A stretch of DNA of 64,000 nt from an uncultured Chloroflexia bacterium (GTDB lineage: Bacteria > Chloroflexota > Chloroflexia > Thermomicrobiales > UBA6265), in assembly GCA_963751075.1 (NCBI GenBank), contig CAVVTE010000003.1, positions 12,510-76,509 on the forward strand. Direction: 5' to 3'. The notes under the pieces were generated by a model. The model had not been told where the DNA came from, made no database searches, and worked only from the letters and a program-made list of their open reading frames with translations. Numbering within the stretch: position 1 is the stretch's first letter; the number at the start of each line of letters is the position of its first letter. Shown here piece by piece: positions 1 through 9,265 of the stretch. The translations under genes were made by a program, and so were the position numbers.

Positions 1-65
1 GCCAGGAGTATCGCGGGAAGAGCCGGCGTCGCTCGTTTCTCGAGGATTTGCTCGATTTTGACTAA
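1..65 (+). CDS. 3' end of a probable zf-TFIIB-type small protein (partial)
   Basis: Frame from position 3 reads QEYRGKSRRRSFLEDLLDFD*, resembling the typical RRSFL.DLFD C-terminus of this family. Confidence 0.55.
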   Translation, partial: QEYRGKSRRRSFLEDLLDFD

Positions 66-108
66 TCCGGCGCCAACATCGCGCTCCGGACAATAGGACT
101 GCTGATCC

Positions 109-760
109 GTGGATCTCGGAGACGCGGGTCTTGCACTTACCGCTCGTCCTGCTGGCGATCATCGGTGGTGTAGTAGTGCTCGCCGGTGCGGCGATCAGGA
201 CCTGGCGGCAGCGCCGCCGTGTCGAGAGCGCTCCGGCACCCCTCGCGGCGCCAGCCCCGCTACGGCAGGAATCGAACGGCCTCGAGCAGAGGCTGCACTC
301 GCTCCATGCGGCCGGCCGCTGGGACGAACTGCTGCGGCTCCTGGATCAGACCCTGCCCGAGTGGACGGTTTCTTCCTCATTGATCGAGGTCGCCCGCGCG
401 GTCTCCGCGCTGGAACGGGATATCGCCGCGACTCGTGGCAGCGTGGTCTCGGACGTAGTGACCAGCCGTCTCACCCAGCAGACGCAGAGTGTTGCCGACG
501 GATTGTGGTCCCTGGCGGATCGCATCGTCGTCGCTGACCGGGTCAACTCCCCGCTACTGCGGGAGCGGTTGGCGCGGGAGGACGAGGTGTTGCTGCGGCT
601 GCTGCCGGCGATGCGGGAGGCGCAGACCGGACTTGCCGATTTGATGCTGGCGGGCAGCGGCGCAGACGGGCTACGGCGCGCGGAGGGACGCTTCCTCGCG
701 CTAGCGTCCACCGCCCGCGAGCTCCAGGAGTTCGAGTCTGGGCCGGCCCCGCGGGTAAAC
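109..760 (+). CDS. Hypothetical membrane-anchored helical protein (probable indels near start and stop)
   Basis: ORF 131-1036 has an N-terminal TM segment (LPLVLLAIIGGVVVLAGAAI) then a helical region; GTG at 109 follows AGGA; sequence after ~755 looks like read-through. Confidence 0.5.
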
Positions 761-914
761 GTTGTCGGAGGGCTGAGGCGACTCATAGCCGACGCGGATG
801 TTCCCGCACCAGCTCCAGGTCGACAAGAGCGGCGTCGAACGTCTGTGCGAACTCCGTCGATTTCCCGAAATCTTTGCAGCAGACGCCGGAGCGTCGCATG
901 GATACAAGAACCAC

Positions 915-1970
915 TTAAAGACCTCCGGTCCAAGCGGCAGGAGATCCTCGCGGCTCTTGAGTCGCCGTCGCGAGCACTGAAGAGATCTTCGCCAACCTGT
1001 GAAAGTGATCGGCGGTCGGCGTACCCGGGCCGGTAGACGGCACTCCGGCCCGAATGGCAGGGGCGACTTCACTCGTTCGCCGTTGTGGCATGGTGCGGCG
1101 GGCGCCGTCGGCGAGGGCGGCGAAGAGCAACGCCATCAACGCGGCGTGGCTGAGCGTGCTCGCCAGGGAGAGACGAGAGAAGATGACGAATGCACCGGAC
1201 GCCGCCTGGGCGACGACGAACAGGGATGCCCAGAGATCGGTGCGATAGAGATCAGGACGTTCGGCCTTGAATCGGCGCGACCAGAACTCCCGCCAGGCCA
1301 CCAGTGCCAGCGCGATCACTGCCGCCAGGCGATGTCCCCAGGCGACAGCCACTCCCGGACTCGAGAGATCGGGGAGCAGCGAGCCATTGCATAGCGGCCA
1401 GGTGTGGCAGGCGAGCTCCGCGCCGGAGTGGCGCATGTAGGCGCCGATGTAGGCCACGACGACCGCCCAGAGCAGAGTGACCCAGGCCAGCGTCCGGTAC
1501 CCCGATGGCACCGCGCGCGTCGCGGCTGGAACGATCGGCGTCGTCTCCCACAGCACACGCATGACCAGGAAGACCGACGCGAAACAGACCAGGGAGATGC
1601 CGAAGTGCGAGGCCATCACCGGTGGCGTCTGCGGATACTTCACCGCCCACGCACCCATCCCCGACTGCAGGACGAGCGTGAACAGCATCAGGGGGATAAG
1701 GGTCTTCAGCTCGGGATAACGCCGGCGCAGAGGGAACGCCGTCACCGACAGGCCGAGGATGATCAGTCCCTCCACGCCGGTGACGAGCCGGTGGGAGTAT
1801 TCAACCATCGTCTCGAAGGCGTACTCGGGAATGAACTCCCCGTGGCAGAGCGGCCAGGACGTGCCGCACCCCTCACTCGAGCCGGTGTTGGTGACCGTAG
1901 CGCCCATCAGCAGCACGATAAACATGCCGATCGTCGCCGCCACCGCTAGCCATTTCGCCGCGCGCTCCAT
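915..1970 (-). CDS. ctaA: Heme A synthase (COX15/CtaA family)
   Basis: GATVTNTGSSEGCGTSWPLCHG, EYSHRL, HFG, second C..WPLC and HRL motifs; multiple TM helices; true stop may lie nearer 1030. Confidence 0.9.
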   Translation of the reverse strand: MERAAKWLAVAATIGMFIVLLMGATVTNTGSSEGCGTSWPLCHGEFIPEYAFETMVEYSHRLVTGVEGLIILGLSVTAFPLRRRYPELKTLIPLMLFTLVLQSGMGAWAVKYPQTPPVMASHFGISLVCFASVFLVMRVLWETTPIVPAATRAVPSGYRTLAWVTLLWAVVVAYIGAYMRHSGAELACHTWPLCNGSLLPDLSSPGVAVAWGHRLAAVIALALVAWREFWSRRFKAERPDLYRTDLWASLFVVAQAASGAFVIFSRLSLASTLSHAALMALLFAALADGARRTMPQRRTSEVAPAIRAGVPSTGPGTPTADHFHRLAKISSVLATATQEPRGSPAAWTGGL

Positions 1971-2154
1971 GGGAGGAAGTGTAGGCGAGGCCGAGAACGT
2001 GAGACAGCACGAAGAACCAGATTCAAAATCTGCTGACACCGTGTTGGGCGGTCAGTGAGCCAAGGGATTCATGCGCGTCGGGCTGAGGGCTGACGCCAGA
2101 TGGGAGAAGCGACCTTTGCCCAGCAGCAAGGCGATAGCAACGGGAGGAGCGAGC

Positions 2155-2529
2155 GTGCTGGAACGAAACAAGGCCATCGTGCGACGGCTGGTGGAGGAGG
2201 TGCTCAACGGCGGACGGATGGAGGTGATCGATGCGCTCTATGCGCCGGCGCTCGCTCCGGAAGCCAAAGCGTGGATCGCGCCCTTCCGGGTGTCGTTCCC
2301 TGACGTCCACATGGAGGTGGTCGAGCTCATCGCCGAGGGTGACACTGTCGTCGGACGCTTCACCTGCTCCGGGACGCACCTGGAAGAATGGCTGGGATAT
2401 GCGCCGACCGGTCGCCGCTTCGAGGCCATCGACGAGGTGTCCATCTACCGCTTCCGCGATGGTCGCATCGTTGCATCCTGGGGACTCGAGGACAACCTCG
2501 GGCGCCTGGAGCAACTCGGGCTGCGCTGA
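2155..2529 (+). CDS. SnoaL-like ester cyclase (NTF2 fold)
   Basis: NKAIVRR..EEVLN, FPDVH..V.ELIAEGDTVV.RFT.SGTH; GGAGGA SD before GTG. Confidence 0.85.
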   Translation: MLERNKAIVRRLVEEVLNGGRMEVIDALYAPALAPEAKAWIAPFRVSFPDVHMEVVELIAEGDTVVGRFTCSGTHLEEWLGYAPTGRRFEAIDEVSIYRFRDGRIVASWGLEDNLGRLEQLGLR

Positions 2530-2673
2530 GAAGAGGGGTCATCACCGATTCGGTCACGCTGAATTTTGAAACCGGTTCCCGGTTCGAAGACGGGCGAGCT
2601 TCAAGTCGTAAGTCAGGTGTGAGACGGGCGGTGTTGCGCGGTGGACTGATCCCCCAACGGGGCGAAGCCGCCC

Positions 2674-3222
2674 TCACCAGACAGTGGTGAGATCGGTGAC
2701 TTCAACCGTCGTCCAGGTGGCCGGCGCGACTACTGTCCCGAGAGCGCGGAATCGTCCGCGATAGTAGGCGAGTGGCGCCGCCCCGTCGTGGCGAGCGGAT
2801 GCCAGGATCTCCCCGACGAAGCAGAGATGGTCACCCATAGGGATCGTCTGCAGTAGCGCGCAGTCTGCCCATGCGACCGCTCCCGATAGGACCGGCAGGG
2901 ATGGATCCCGGCGCTGGAATCCCGCGCCCGAGAGCGCGGCCCAACCCGTCCCCCGGTTGGGCTGCGCGAACTGCCGGGCGAGGCCGTGATCTGCCTCGCC
3001 GAGTACGTTGACCGTGAATCGCCCGCATTCGTCGAGGGCCTCCGCCATGCGCGAGCCGGCCTGGAACAGGACGGCAAGTAACGGCGGATCCCAAGACGCC
3101 ATCAAGACTGAGCCGGCGGTGGTGGCGAACGGTTCGCCATCTGCCATCGTCACGATGACCGAGACCCCCGTGACGATTTGGCTGGCGATGCTCCGAAACG
3201 CCTGATGCTCTCTGGGAGTCAT
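2674..3222 (-). CDS. Flavin reductase (DIM6/NtaB/HpaC family)
   Basis: FR....TGVSVIVT, S.DPPLL, F.VNVL, GDH..FVGEI, PLAYYRG motifs. Confidence 0.9.
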   Translation of the reverse strand: MTPREHQAFRSIASQIVTGVSVIVTMADGEPFATTAGSVLMASWDPPLLAVLFQAGSRMAEALDECGRFTVNVLGEADHGLARQFAQPNRGTGWAALSGAGFQRRDPSLPVLSGAVAWADCALLQTIPMGDHLCFVGEILASARHDGAAPLAYYRGRFRALGTVVAPATWTTVEVTDLTTVW

Positions 3223-3244
3223 CTCCCTGCCTCGCGCAGCGCTC

Positions 3245-4463
3245 TTACCACACGGTATCGGCCGGCAGATCGAGGGCCAGGCGGCCGGCGTAGACCAGAG
3301 TGCGCTCCGGGTTCAGGGGGTGGAACAGCCCGGCACGAACATCGCGGTAGGCTTGCTCGATTGGCGAAGACCGGAAGTACGCGCTTCCTCCGACCACGTC
3401 CATTGCCAGGTCAACCACGGCTTGCGCCTCGGTCACGACATGCCGCTTGGCGATCATCACCGCCGCCAGGGCCCGGTCATCCGGATCGTAGTCATCGCCG
3501 AGCTCGCCGAGTGCGCCAAGCATGGACCACCAGAGGGTCCGCAGCTTGACGTCCATCAGCCCAACCTGCCGCTGGACTGTCTGATCTTCAGCCGGTACGC
3601 GACCATCCGGCGTCTTTCGACTTTGGATCACGCGTACGGCCTCGTCGCGAGCGGCGGCGGCGATGCCGGCGTAGACGGAAGCAGCGGGGAGCGCGAAATG
3701 GATACCCGCCGTGCGCAGAATCGGGTCGACTTTGCCCCAGGGGCGGCGGCCCACGACTTGCCCCTCGGTGACCTGGACCTCCTCCAGCAGCACATCATTG
3801 CTGCCAGTCGCCCGCATCCCCAGCGTGTCCCAGTTGTCGAGGATCGTCACCCCCGGAGCGCTCATGGGGATACTCACCAGGAGCACGACCGGCCCCTCGT
3901 CCGGATCGTCGTATGCGGCCATCGTCGTCAGGACATCCGCGACCGGCGCCTGGCTGCAGAAGACCTTGCGGCCGCTGACGCGGTAACCGCCGTTCTCCCT
4001 GACAGCCCTGGCACTCGGCCAGATCCCGTCCGAGCCGCCGCTCGTCATGAGCACCAGCCCCTCACTCGCGACCCGGCGCAGCACCGTCTCCGCAGCGGCC
4101 ACTCCGCGCCGCCGGCGAAAGACCTGGCTCAGAACCAGATAGTGGTGCATGTTGACCGCAAGCGCGGTCGAGGCGCAGGAGCGGGCCAACTCCGCCTGGG
4201 CGAAGCAGACCTGGCGCATGGTAGCGCCGAGCCCGCCGAGATCCACCGGCACGGCCAGGCGGAGATACCCCGCCTCACCGCATTCGCTCGAAGTTCTCGT
4301 GGACGAACGTGTTCTCGCGGTCATGCGCGGCGGCTCTGGTCGCGAACTCGGCGCCGAGCTCCGCCGCCAGCGCTACGAAGGCGTCATCGTCGGGGCGGCT
4401 CGGTCGGGGCCGCCAGGGCTGCTCGATCGGGGTCGTTTCCGGTGCGGTCATCGTCGCGGTCAT
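3245..4463 (-). CDS. Acyl-CoA dehydrogenase-fold protein / flavin-dependent monooxygenase (frameshift ~4280)
   Basis: AAAHDRENTF..ENF joins EAGYL.L.VP..LGGLG; GRKVFCS, WDTLGMRATGSNDV, EQAYRDVRAG. Confidence 0.85.
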
Positions 4464-4753
4464 CCGTGCGCTCTCCTGTGCACTATTTGCTGCAAATCGC
4501 CGGCTCTCGTCGTCCATCGACACGGCGACTCACTCCGATGCACAGAGTAGGAGGCTGCCGGCAGCCGCACATGGGCAGATATACGCATTCCACATACGCC
4601 TTCGACCGTGCCACGTTGCAGGATCGACGAGGGATATACGTAGTTGGGTGCTCACGGTCACTCTCCTCCTGTGTCTCGGCATGGCCACCTACCGTGCCGG
4701 GATCCGGGTGGCGCATCGCCGGGTATCTTCCGGACCCGCCATCCACTCTAGCG

Positions 4754-4856
4754 AGCGACCAACCGGGTTCAAGTCCGATTTCTGAACCGGGTTCACCAGG
4801 TCTTCGTGTGATAGCGACCAACCGGGTTCAAGTCCGATTTCTGGACCGGGTTCACC
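4754..4856. repeat. 44-bp direct repeat x2 (period 59) in a divergent promoter region; candidate HxlR operators
   Basis: AGCGACCAACCGGGTTCAAGTCCGATTTCTG(A/G)ACCGGGTTCACC at 4754 and 4813, one mismatch. Confidence 0.8.
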
Positions 4857-4880
4857 GAGATTCCGTGTGATACTGTGGCT

Positions 4881-5571
4881 ATGCGCGGCTACGGGCAGTT
4901 CTGCCCGATCGCCATAGCCTCAGAGATCTTTGCCGAGCGCTGGACGCCCCTCGTCGTCCGCGAGCTGTTCTGCGGCAGTCATCGCTTCAATGAACTGGTG
5001 AACGGTCTCCCGCGGATCCCGCGGTCTCTTCTCGTGCAGCGTCTCCGCTCGCTGGAAACCAGTGGTGTATGTCGAGCGCCGGGTGGACGCCGCGGGTCGT
5101 GGTGTCGAATACCATCTGACGCCGGCCGGAGTGGAGCTTGGCGACGTCGTGCTCCGGCTCGGAGACTGGGGCAAACGTTGGGCTGATATTCCGGTCGGCC
5201 CGCAGAACCTTGATCCCGACCTTCTCATCTGGGACATCCATCGCCGGCTGGATGAGGACCACCTGCCGGACCGCCGGGTCGTGGTGCAGGTCGATCTCAC
5301 CGGGGCGAACCTGAAAAACTACTGGCTGGTGCTGGAGCGTCCGGCGGCCTCAGTCTGCTGGACCGATCCCGGCTTCGAGGTCGATCTCCTGGTCCAGGCC
5401 GACTCCGTCGCCCTACACCGCGTCTGGGTGGGTCAGCTTCCGCTCGATTCGGCGCTCCGTGAAGGGCTGATCGCGCTCGATGGCCCGGCGGATCTCTGTC
5501 GTGCCTTCCCCAACTGGCTCAAGCTGAGTCTGTTCGTCGAGCGCGACCGAGACGGGGGTGATAGGGGATAG
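4881..5571 (+). CDS. HxlR-family winged-helix regulator with C-terminal SCP2-like domain (frameshift ~5065)
   Basis: YGQFCPIA.ASEIFAERWTPLVVREL..GS.RFNEL..GLPRI joins EYHLTPAG.EL; C-terminal VCWTDPGFEVDL. Confidence 0.88.
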
Positions 5572-5647
5572 GACGTCGTAGGTCGTGTGTCATGTGTACG
5601 GAACAGCCGTGCATCCGTCACGCAGCTCACCTGCAGTCCGTAACTCC

Positions 5648-6598
5648 CTATGACCCTATCACCCTCAAGACATCTCGCGCCTGCGCCTTGTCGACCTGCA
5701 TCTGGGCGATGAGGTCTTCCATCGAGTCAAAGCGAGCGTCAGGGCGGATACGCTCCAGGAACTCGGTTGCAACCGTCTGGCCGTAGAGGTCGCCGTCGAA
5801 ATCGAGCAGGTGGGTCTCGACCATGCGGTCCCCGTCGTCGACGGTCGGGCGGCTGCCGATGTAGGCGACGGCTGGCCGGGGCGTTTGGTCACCCGGGAGC
5901 CAACCCCACGCGGCGTAGATGCCGTCGGCCAGCGGCGCCAGCCCTGCCGGCGGGACGACGTTGGCGGTAGGAAACCCGATGGCGCGTCCCAGATGCTGAC
6001 CATGCACCACCTCGCCTTCCACCCGAAACGGGCGACCAAGGAGGCGCCTGGCGGTAGCGACGTCGCCATTCATGACCGCCGTACGGACGCGGGAGGAGGA
6101 GACGACCTCCTGGCCGTTGGTCAGCCGAGGCACGGCAACCACCCGAAACCCGAGGCCGGCACCAATCTCCGTCAGACGCTCGACGGTCCCCGTACGGTCT
6201 TTGCCAAGCGCAAACCCCTCCCCAACCCACAGCTCCCGCAGGCGCGTTTTCTCCTGCAACCAGGCCATGAAATCCTCGGGCGACCACCGCGAGAGCTCCA
6301 GGGTGAAGGGGACGACGACGATCTCGTCGAGACCGGCCTCGGCGAGGCGCTCCTGCTTCTCTTGCGGCGTCGAGATGCGCCCGGAAAATGCCTCGGGCCG
6401 CAGCACCGCCGCCGGAACTGGTTCGAAGGTAACGCCCGTCACAGGGAGATCGAGCTCTTGACCGCGCTGAACCGCCTGATCGAGGAGACGGCGGTGACCG
6501 CGATGGACGCCGTCGAAGGTGCCAATGGTGACGATTCGCTCGCCTGGCGGCAGGTCGTCCGGGGCAAGCGGGACAGGTATCGCGCGGGGCTCACTCAC
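5648..6598 (-). CDS. ribF: Bifunctional riboflavin kinase / FAD synthetase
   Basis: TIGTFDGVHRGH, VSSSRVR, GRAIGFPTAN, GSRPT, ETHLLDF.GDLYG; follows truB. Confidence 0.95.
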   Translation of the reverse strand: MSEPRAIPVPLAPDDLPPGERIVTIGTFDGVHRGHRRLLDQAVQRGQELDLPVTGVTFEPVPAAVLRPEAFSGRISTPQEKQERLAEAGLDEIVVVPFTLELSRWSPEDFMAWLQEKTRLRELWVGEGFALGKDRTGTVERLTEIGAGLGFRVVAVPRLTNGQEVVSSSRVRTAVMNGDVATARRLLGRPFRVEGEVVHGQHLGRAIGFPTANVVPPAGLAPLADGIYAAWGWLPGDQTPRPAVAYIGSRPTVDDGDRMVETHLLDFDGDLYGQTVATEFLERIRPDARFDSMEDLIAQMQVDKAQARDVLRVIGS

Positions 6599-7686
6599 GC
6601 CGCGCTCCCTTCCTCAACAGCCACGACCTTCCGTGGTCGCCAGCCGGCGCCGTCAGGGGCGGCTTCGCCGGTGCCAAGCCACTCGCCCGCGGTGTCATAA
6701 GCTCGGATCGGACCCGCGGCGCCGCGATCGTCGGGGATCGTCGAGCCCTGCCGCCAACGGCGAGCCGCATCCGAGTCGAGAACGAGCGCCGGCCACTCCT
6801 GGACCGGAATGTCCGGATGGAGGGCGACCCAGGGCCATGCCCAGGGAAGCTCTATCCGGCTCAGCTCGTCCATCGTGAACGCCTGGCAGAGATGGAACGG
6901 CCCGGCGCGCATGCGGAGCAGATCAGAGAGGTAGGCGCCGGTTCCCAGCGCCGCACCCAGATCTCGCGCCAGGGCGCGAATGTAGGTCCCTTTGGAGCAA
7001 TCGACGAGCAAGGTTGCGGTCGGCAGATCCCATTCCAGCAGTTCCAGGCAGTGGAAGATCACCGGTCGCGGTGCGCGGGCGATCTCTTCCCCGCGGCGCG
7101 CCAGGTCGTAGAGTTTTTGACCACCGACCTTGATCGCCGCGTGCATCGGAGGAATCTGCTCGTGGGCGCCGCGAAACGACGCCAGGGTCGCCTCGATCGC
7201 GTCCGCGGTCAGCCCGGTTGCATCTGCCGTGCCGGTGACGCGGCCTTCGCTATCGTGGCTGTCGGTTTCGACCCCAAACGTCACCTCGGCGAGGTAGGTC
7301 TTGGAGGCGTCGTTAAGGAACTCCAGGGTCTTCGTCGCCATGCCCACCGCGAGAGGCAGGACGCCGGTCGCGGCCGGATCGAGCGTGCCGGCATGCCCAA
7401 TATGCTTTTGGCCGAGGAGACGGCGTGCGCGTGCGACGACGTCGAAACTGGTCCACCCGGCCGGTTTGTCGATCACGAGGTAGCCGTGGAGCGAGGGTGG
7501 CGAAGAGGGGAGAGGGGAGTCGCTGCGCTCAGGAGGGAGCGATTCGCTTAGGGAAGGACGGCCGCCAGCGGCCTTAAGGGGGAGAGGAGCACGAGGAATG
7601 TAGGGCTCGTCGTCCTCGCCCCCTTTGCCCCCCTCGAGCGCAGCGACCCCCCTTGAGCGCAGCGACCCCCCTTTGTCCCCCTTCAC
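6595..7686 (-). CDS. truB: tRNA pseudouridine(55) synthase with a repeat-derived N-terminal extension
   Basis: IDKPAGWTSFDVV, GHAGTLDPAATGVLP, CSKGTYIRALARDLG. Confidence 0.95.
   Translation of the reverse strand: MKGDKGGSLRSRGVAALEGGKGGEDDEPYIPRAPLPLKAAGGRPSLSESLPPERSDSPLPSSPPSLHGYLVIDKPAGWTSFDVVARARRLLGQKHIGHAGTLDPAATGVLPLAVGMATKTLEFLNDASKTYLAEVTFGVETDSHDSEGRVTGTADATGLTADAIEATLASFRGAHEQIPPMHAAIKVGGQKLYDLARRGEEIARAPRPVIFHCLELLEWDLPTATLLVDCSKGTYIRALARDLGAALGTGAYLSDLLRMRAGPFHLCQAFTMDELSRIELPWAWPWVALHPDIPVQEWPALVLDSDAARRWRQGSTIPDDRGAAGPIRAYDTAGEWLGTGEAAPDGAGWRPRKVVAVEEGSAA
7514..7671. repeat. Inverted-repeat hairpin element (GGGGTCGCT(G/T)CGCTC family) inside the truB 5' end
   Basis: Left arm GGGGAGTCGCTGCGCTCAGG 7514-7553; right arm 2x GAGCGCAGCGACCCC 7628-7671. 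Confidence 0.75.
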
Positions 7687-7689
7687 CCC

Positions 7690-8727
7690 CTATCCCCCGA
7701 CAACGACGGCGTCCGGCTCCGGGATGGCGGCGACCAACTCGGCAACTGTCTGGATGAAGGCATGTTTCTCCGCGTCACCACCCTCCAGGTGCGCGCCCGC
7801 GGCACGCGGGTGCCCACCGCCCCCGAAGTTGGCGGCGATGGCGGCGACGTCGAGGTTTTTCTCCAGACCGCGCAGGCTGACGCGCCAACCTCGTTCGTCC
7901 TCATCCTGGTAGAGGATGACCGCGACCCGAGAGCCCTGGGTACCGGAAAGGAAGTTGACGATCCCCTCCGCCTCGACCATCTCGGCGCCGCAGTGCCGGA
8001 AGCCTTCGCGGGTCATCTCCGTCCAGATGATCGGTCCGTTCCAGCGGATATTGTGCAGGGCGTGCTCCCAGAGACAGATGGTCGACCGCGGCTTCAGCCG
8101 GAAGAGCTGATCAACCACCGGCTCCAGCTCGGCGCCGCACTCGACGAGCTCGGCGACGGTGCGGATGGTATGGGGCGTGGTAGAGGGGGTGCGCAACCCG
8201 AGGGTGTCACCGTAGATGCCGGCCAGCAGATTGCGGGCCATGTCCTGGGTAACCTCGGTTCCCCAAAGCTTCAGCACCTCGGCGACGATCTCCGCCGATG
8301 ACGACGCTTCCGGCTCGACAATGTTCACATCACCGAAGCGTTTGTTCGTGATGTGGTGGTCGATATTGACGATCGGGATGCCGCCATCGAGGCGGCTCGG
8401 GTCGTCCTTGGCGAAATTGCCGAGCCGCTTGGGATCGGCGCAGTCGATCAGGCAGAGCATGTCATAGTCAGGCAGCTCATCCCGGCCGTAGACCAGCACC
8501 GACTCGACGCCCGGCAGGAAGTGCAGATTGGACGGGAAATCACCGTCGCTGATAAGCGGATAGGCGTCGACGCCATACTGGGCGAGGGCGATCCGCATTG
8601 CCAGCGGCGATGAAAGGCCGTCGGCGTCGACGTTTTGATGCGTCGGCATGAGAACCGTCTTCGCGCCGCGAAGCTTGACGAGCGCGGCGTCGGCATCGGC
8701 GGGATCGATAGCCCAGGAATCGCTCAC
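7690..8727 (-). CDS. nrnA: DHH-family bifunctional oligoribonuclease / PAP phosphatase
   Basis: H.N.DADG, IDC, NIDHH, YGDT, FGGGGHPRAAG; canonical position after rbfA. Confidence 0.9.
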   Translation of the reverse strand: MSDSWAIDPADADAALVKLRGAKTVLMPTHQNVDADGLSSPLAMRIALAQYGVDAYPLISDGDFPSNLHFLPGVESVLVYGRDELPDYDMLCLIDCADPKRLGNFAKDDPSRLDGGIPIVNIDHHITNKRFGDVNIVEPEASSSAEIVAEVLKLWGTEVTQDMARNLLAGIYGDTLGLRTPSTTPHTIRTVAELVECGAELEPVVDQLFRLKPRSTICLWEHALHNIRWNGPIIWTEMTREGFRHCGAEMVEAEGIVNFLSGTQGSRVAVILYQDEDERGWRVSLRGLEKNLDVAAIAANFGGGGHPRAAGAHLEGGDAEKHAFIQTVAELVAAIPEPDAVVVGG

Positions 8728-9161
8728 GCCGTCTCCTCTGGAGTCGAGGAGTCGTGGGGATCGTTGCCGCTGGCAGAAGTCGAGAGGGCCGGATCTTCTC
8801 CTCGACTCCTCGACCCCTCGCCTTCTCGCCTCAGTTCGCGCAGCGTGCGGTCGATCTCCTCAGCGTGCTCCATCGACCGATCGTCCCGGAAGTCGAGGTC
8901 GGGAATGATGCGCGTCCGCATCCGGGGCTTGAGATGGCCGCGGATGTACCCGGCCGCACCCCGGAGCGCGGTCAGGGTCTCTTTGCGTTCGCCGTCAGTG
9001 CCAAGAACAGAAACGTAAATTCGGGCCGAGCGTAGATCGGGGAGCACTTCGACGCGGGTGACGGTCCAGAATCCAAGCCGCGGATCATCGATCTCGGATC
9101 GGATGATGTCGACCACCTCCTCGCGGAGGAACTCGCCCATCTGTTGCGTGCGCCTGGTCAT
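8724..9161 (-). CDS. rbfA: 30S ribosome-binding factor A
   Basis: DPRLGFWTVTRVEV.PDLRSARIYVS, RIIPDL.F.DD.SMEH. Confidence 0.95.
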   Translation of the reverse strand: MTRRTQQMGEFLREEVVDIIRSEIDDPRLGFWTVTRVEVLPDLRSARIYVSVLGTDGERKETLTALRGAAGYIRGHLKPRMRTRIIPDLDFRDDRSMEHAEEIDRTLRELRREGEGSRSRGEDPALSTSASGNDPHDSSTPEETA

Positions 9162-9170
9162 GGCGGACTC

Positions 9171-9265
9171 CGAGAGTCGGAGAGTCGGAGAGTCGGAGAG
9201 TCGGTAAGTGCAAGGCTTTCGTCTCGCCTACTTACCGACTCACCGACTTGCCGTCTTACCGACTA
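9171..9265. repeat. 8-mer tandem-repeat inverted hairpin between infB and rbfA
   Basis: (AGTCGGAG)x3-AGTCGGTAAGT ... ACTTACCGACT-CACCGACT-TGCCGTCT-TACCGACT. Confidence 0.85.

Noticed and set aside
760-1036. Separate small gene between the membrane protein and ctaA
   Set aside because: No recognisable motif or SD; the overlapping frames are explained by read-through
4754-4856. CRISPR-like repeat-spacer-repeat
   Set aside because: Only two copies, a 44-bp repeat with a 15-bp spacer, and located in a divergent promoter
3320-4870. Long antisense ORFs (516 aa here; also 9248-10702, 14735-16060 and similar)
   Set aside because: Shadow frames of real high-GC genes with no recognisable motifs
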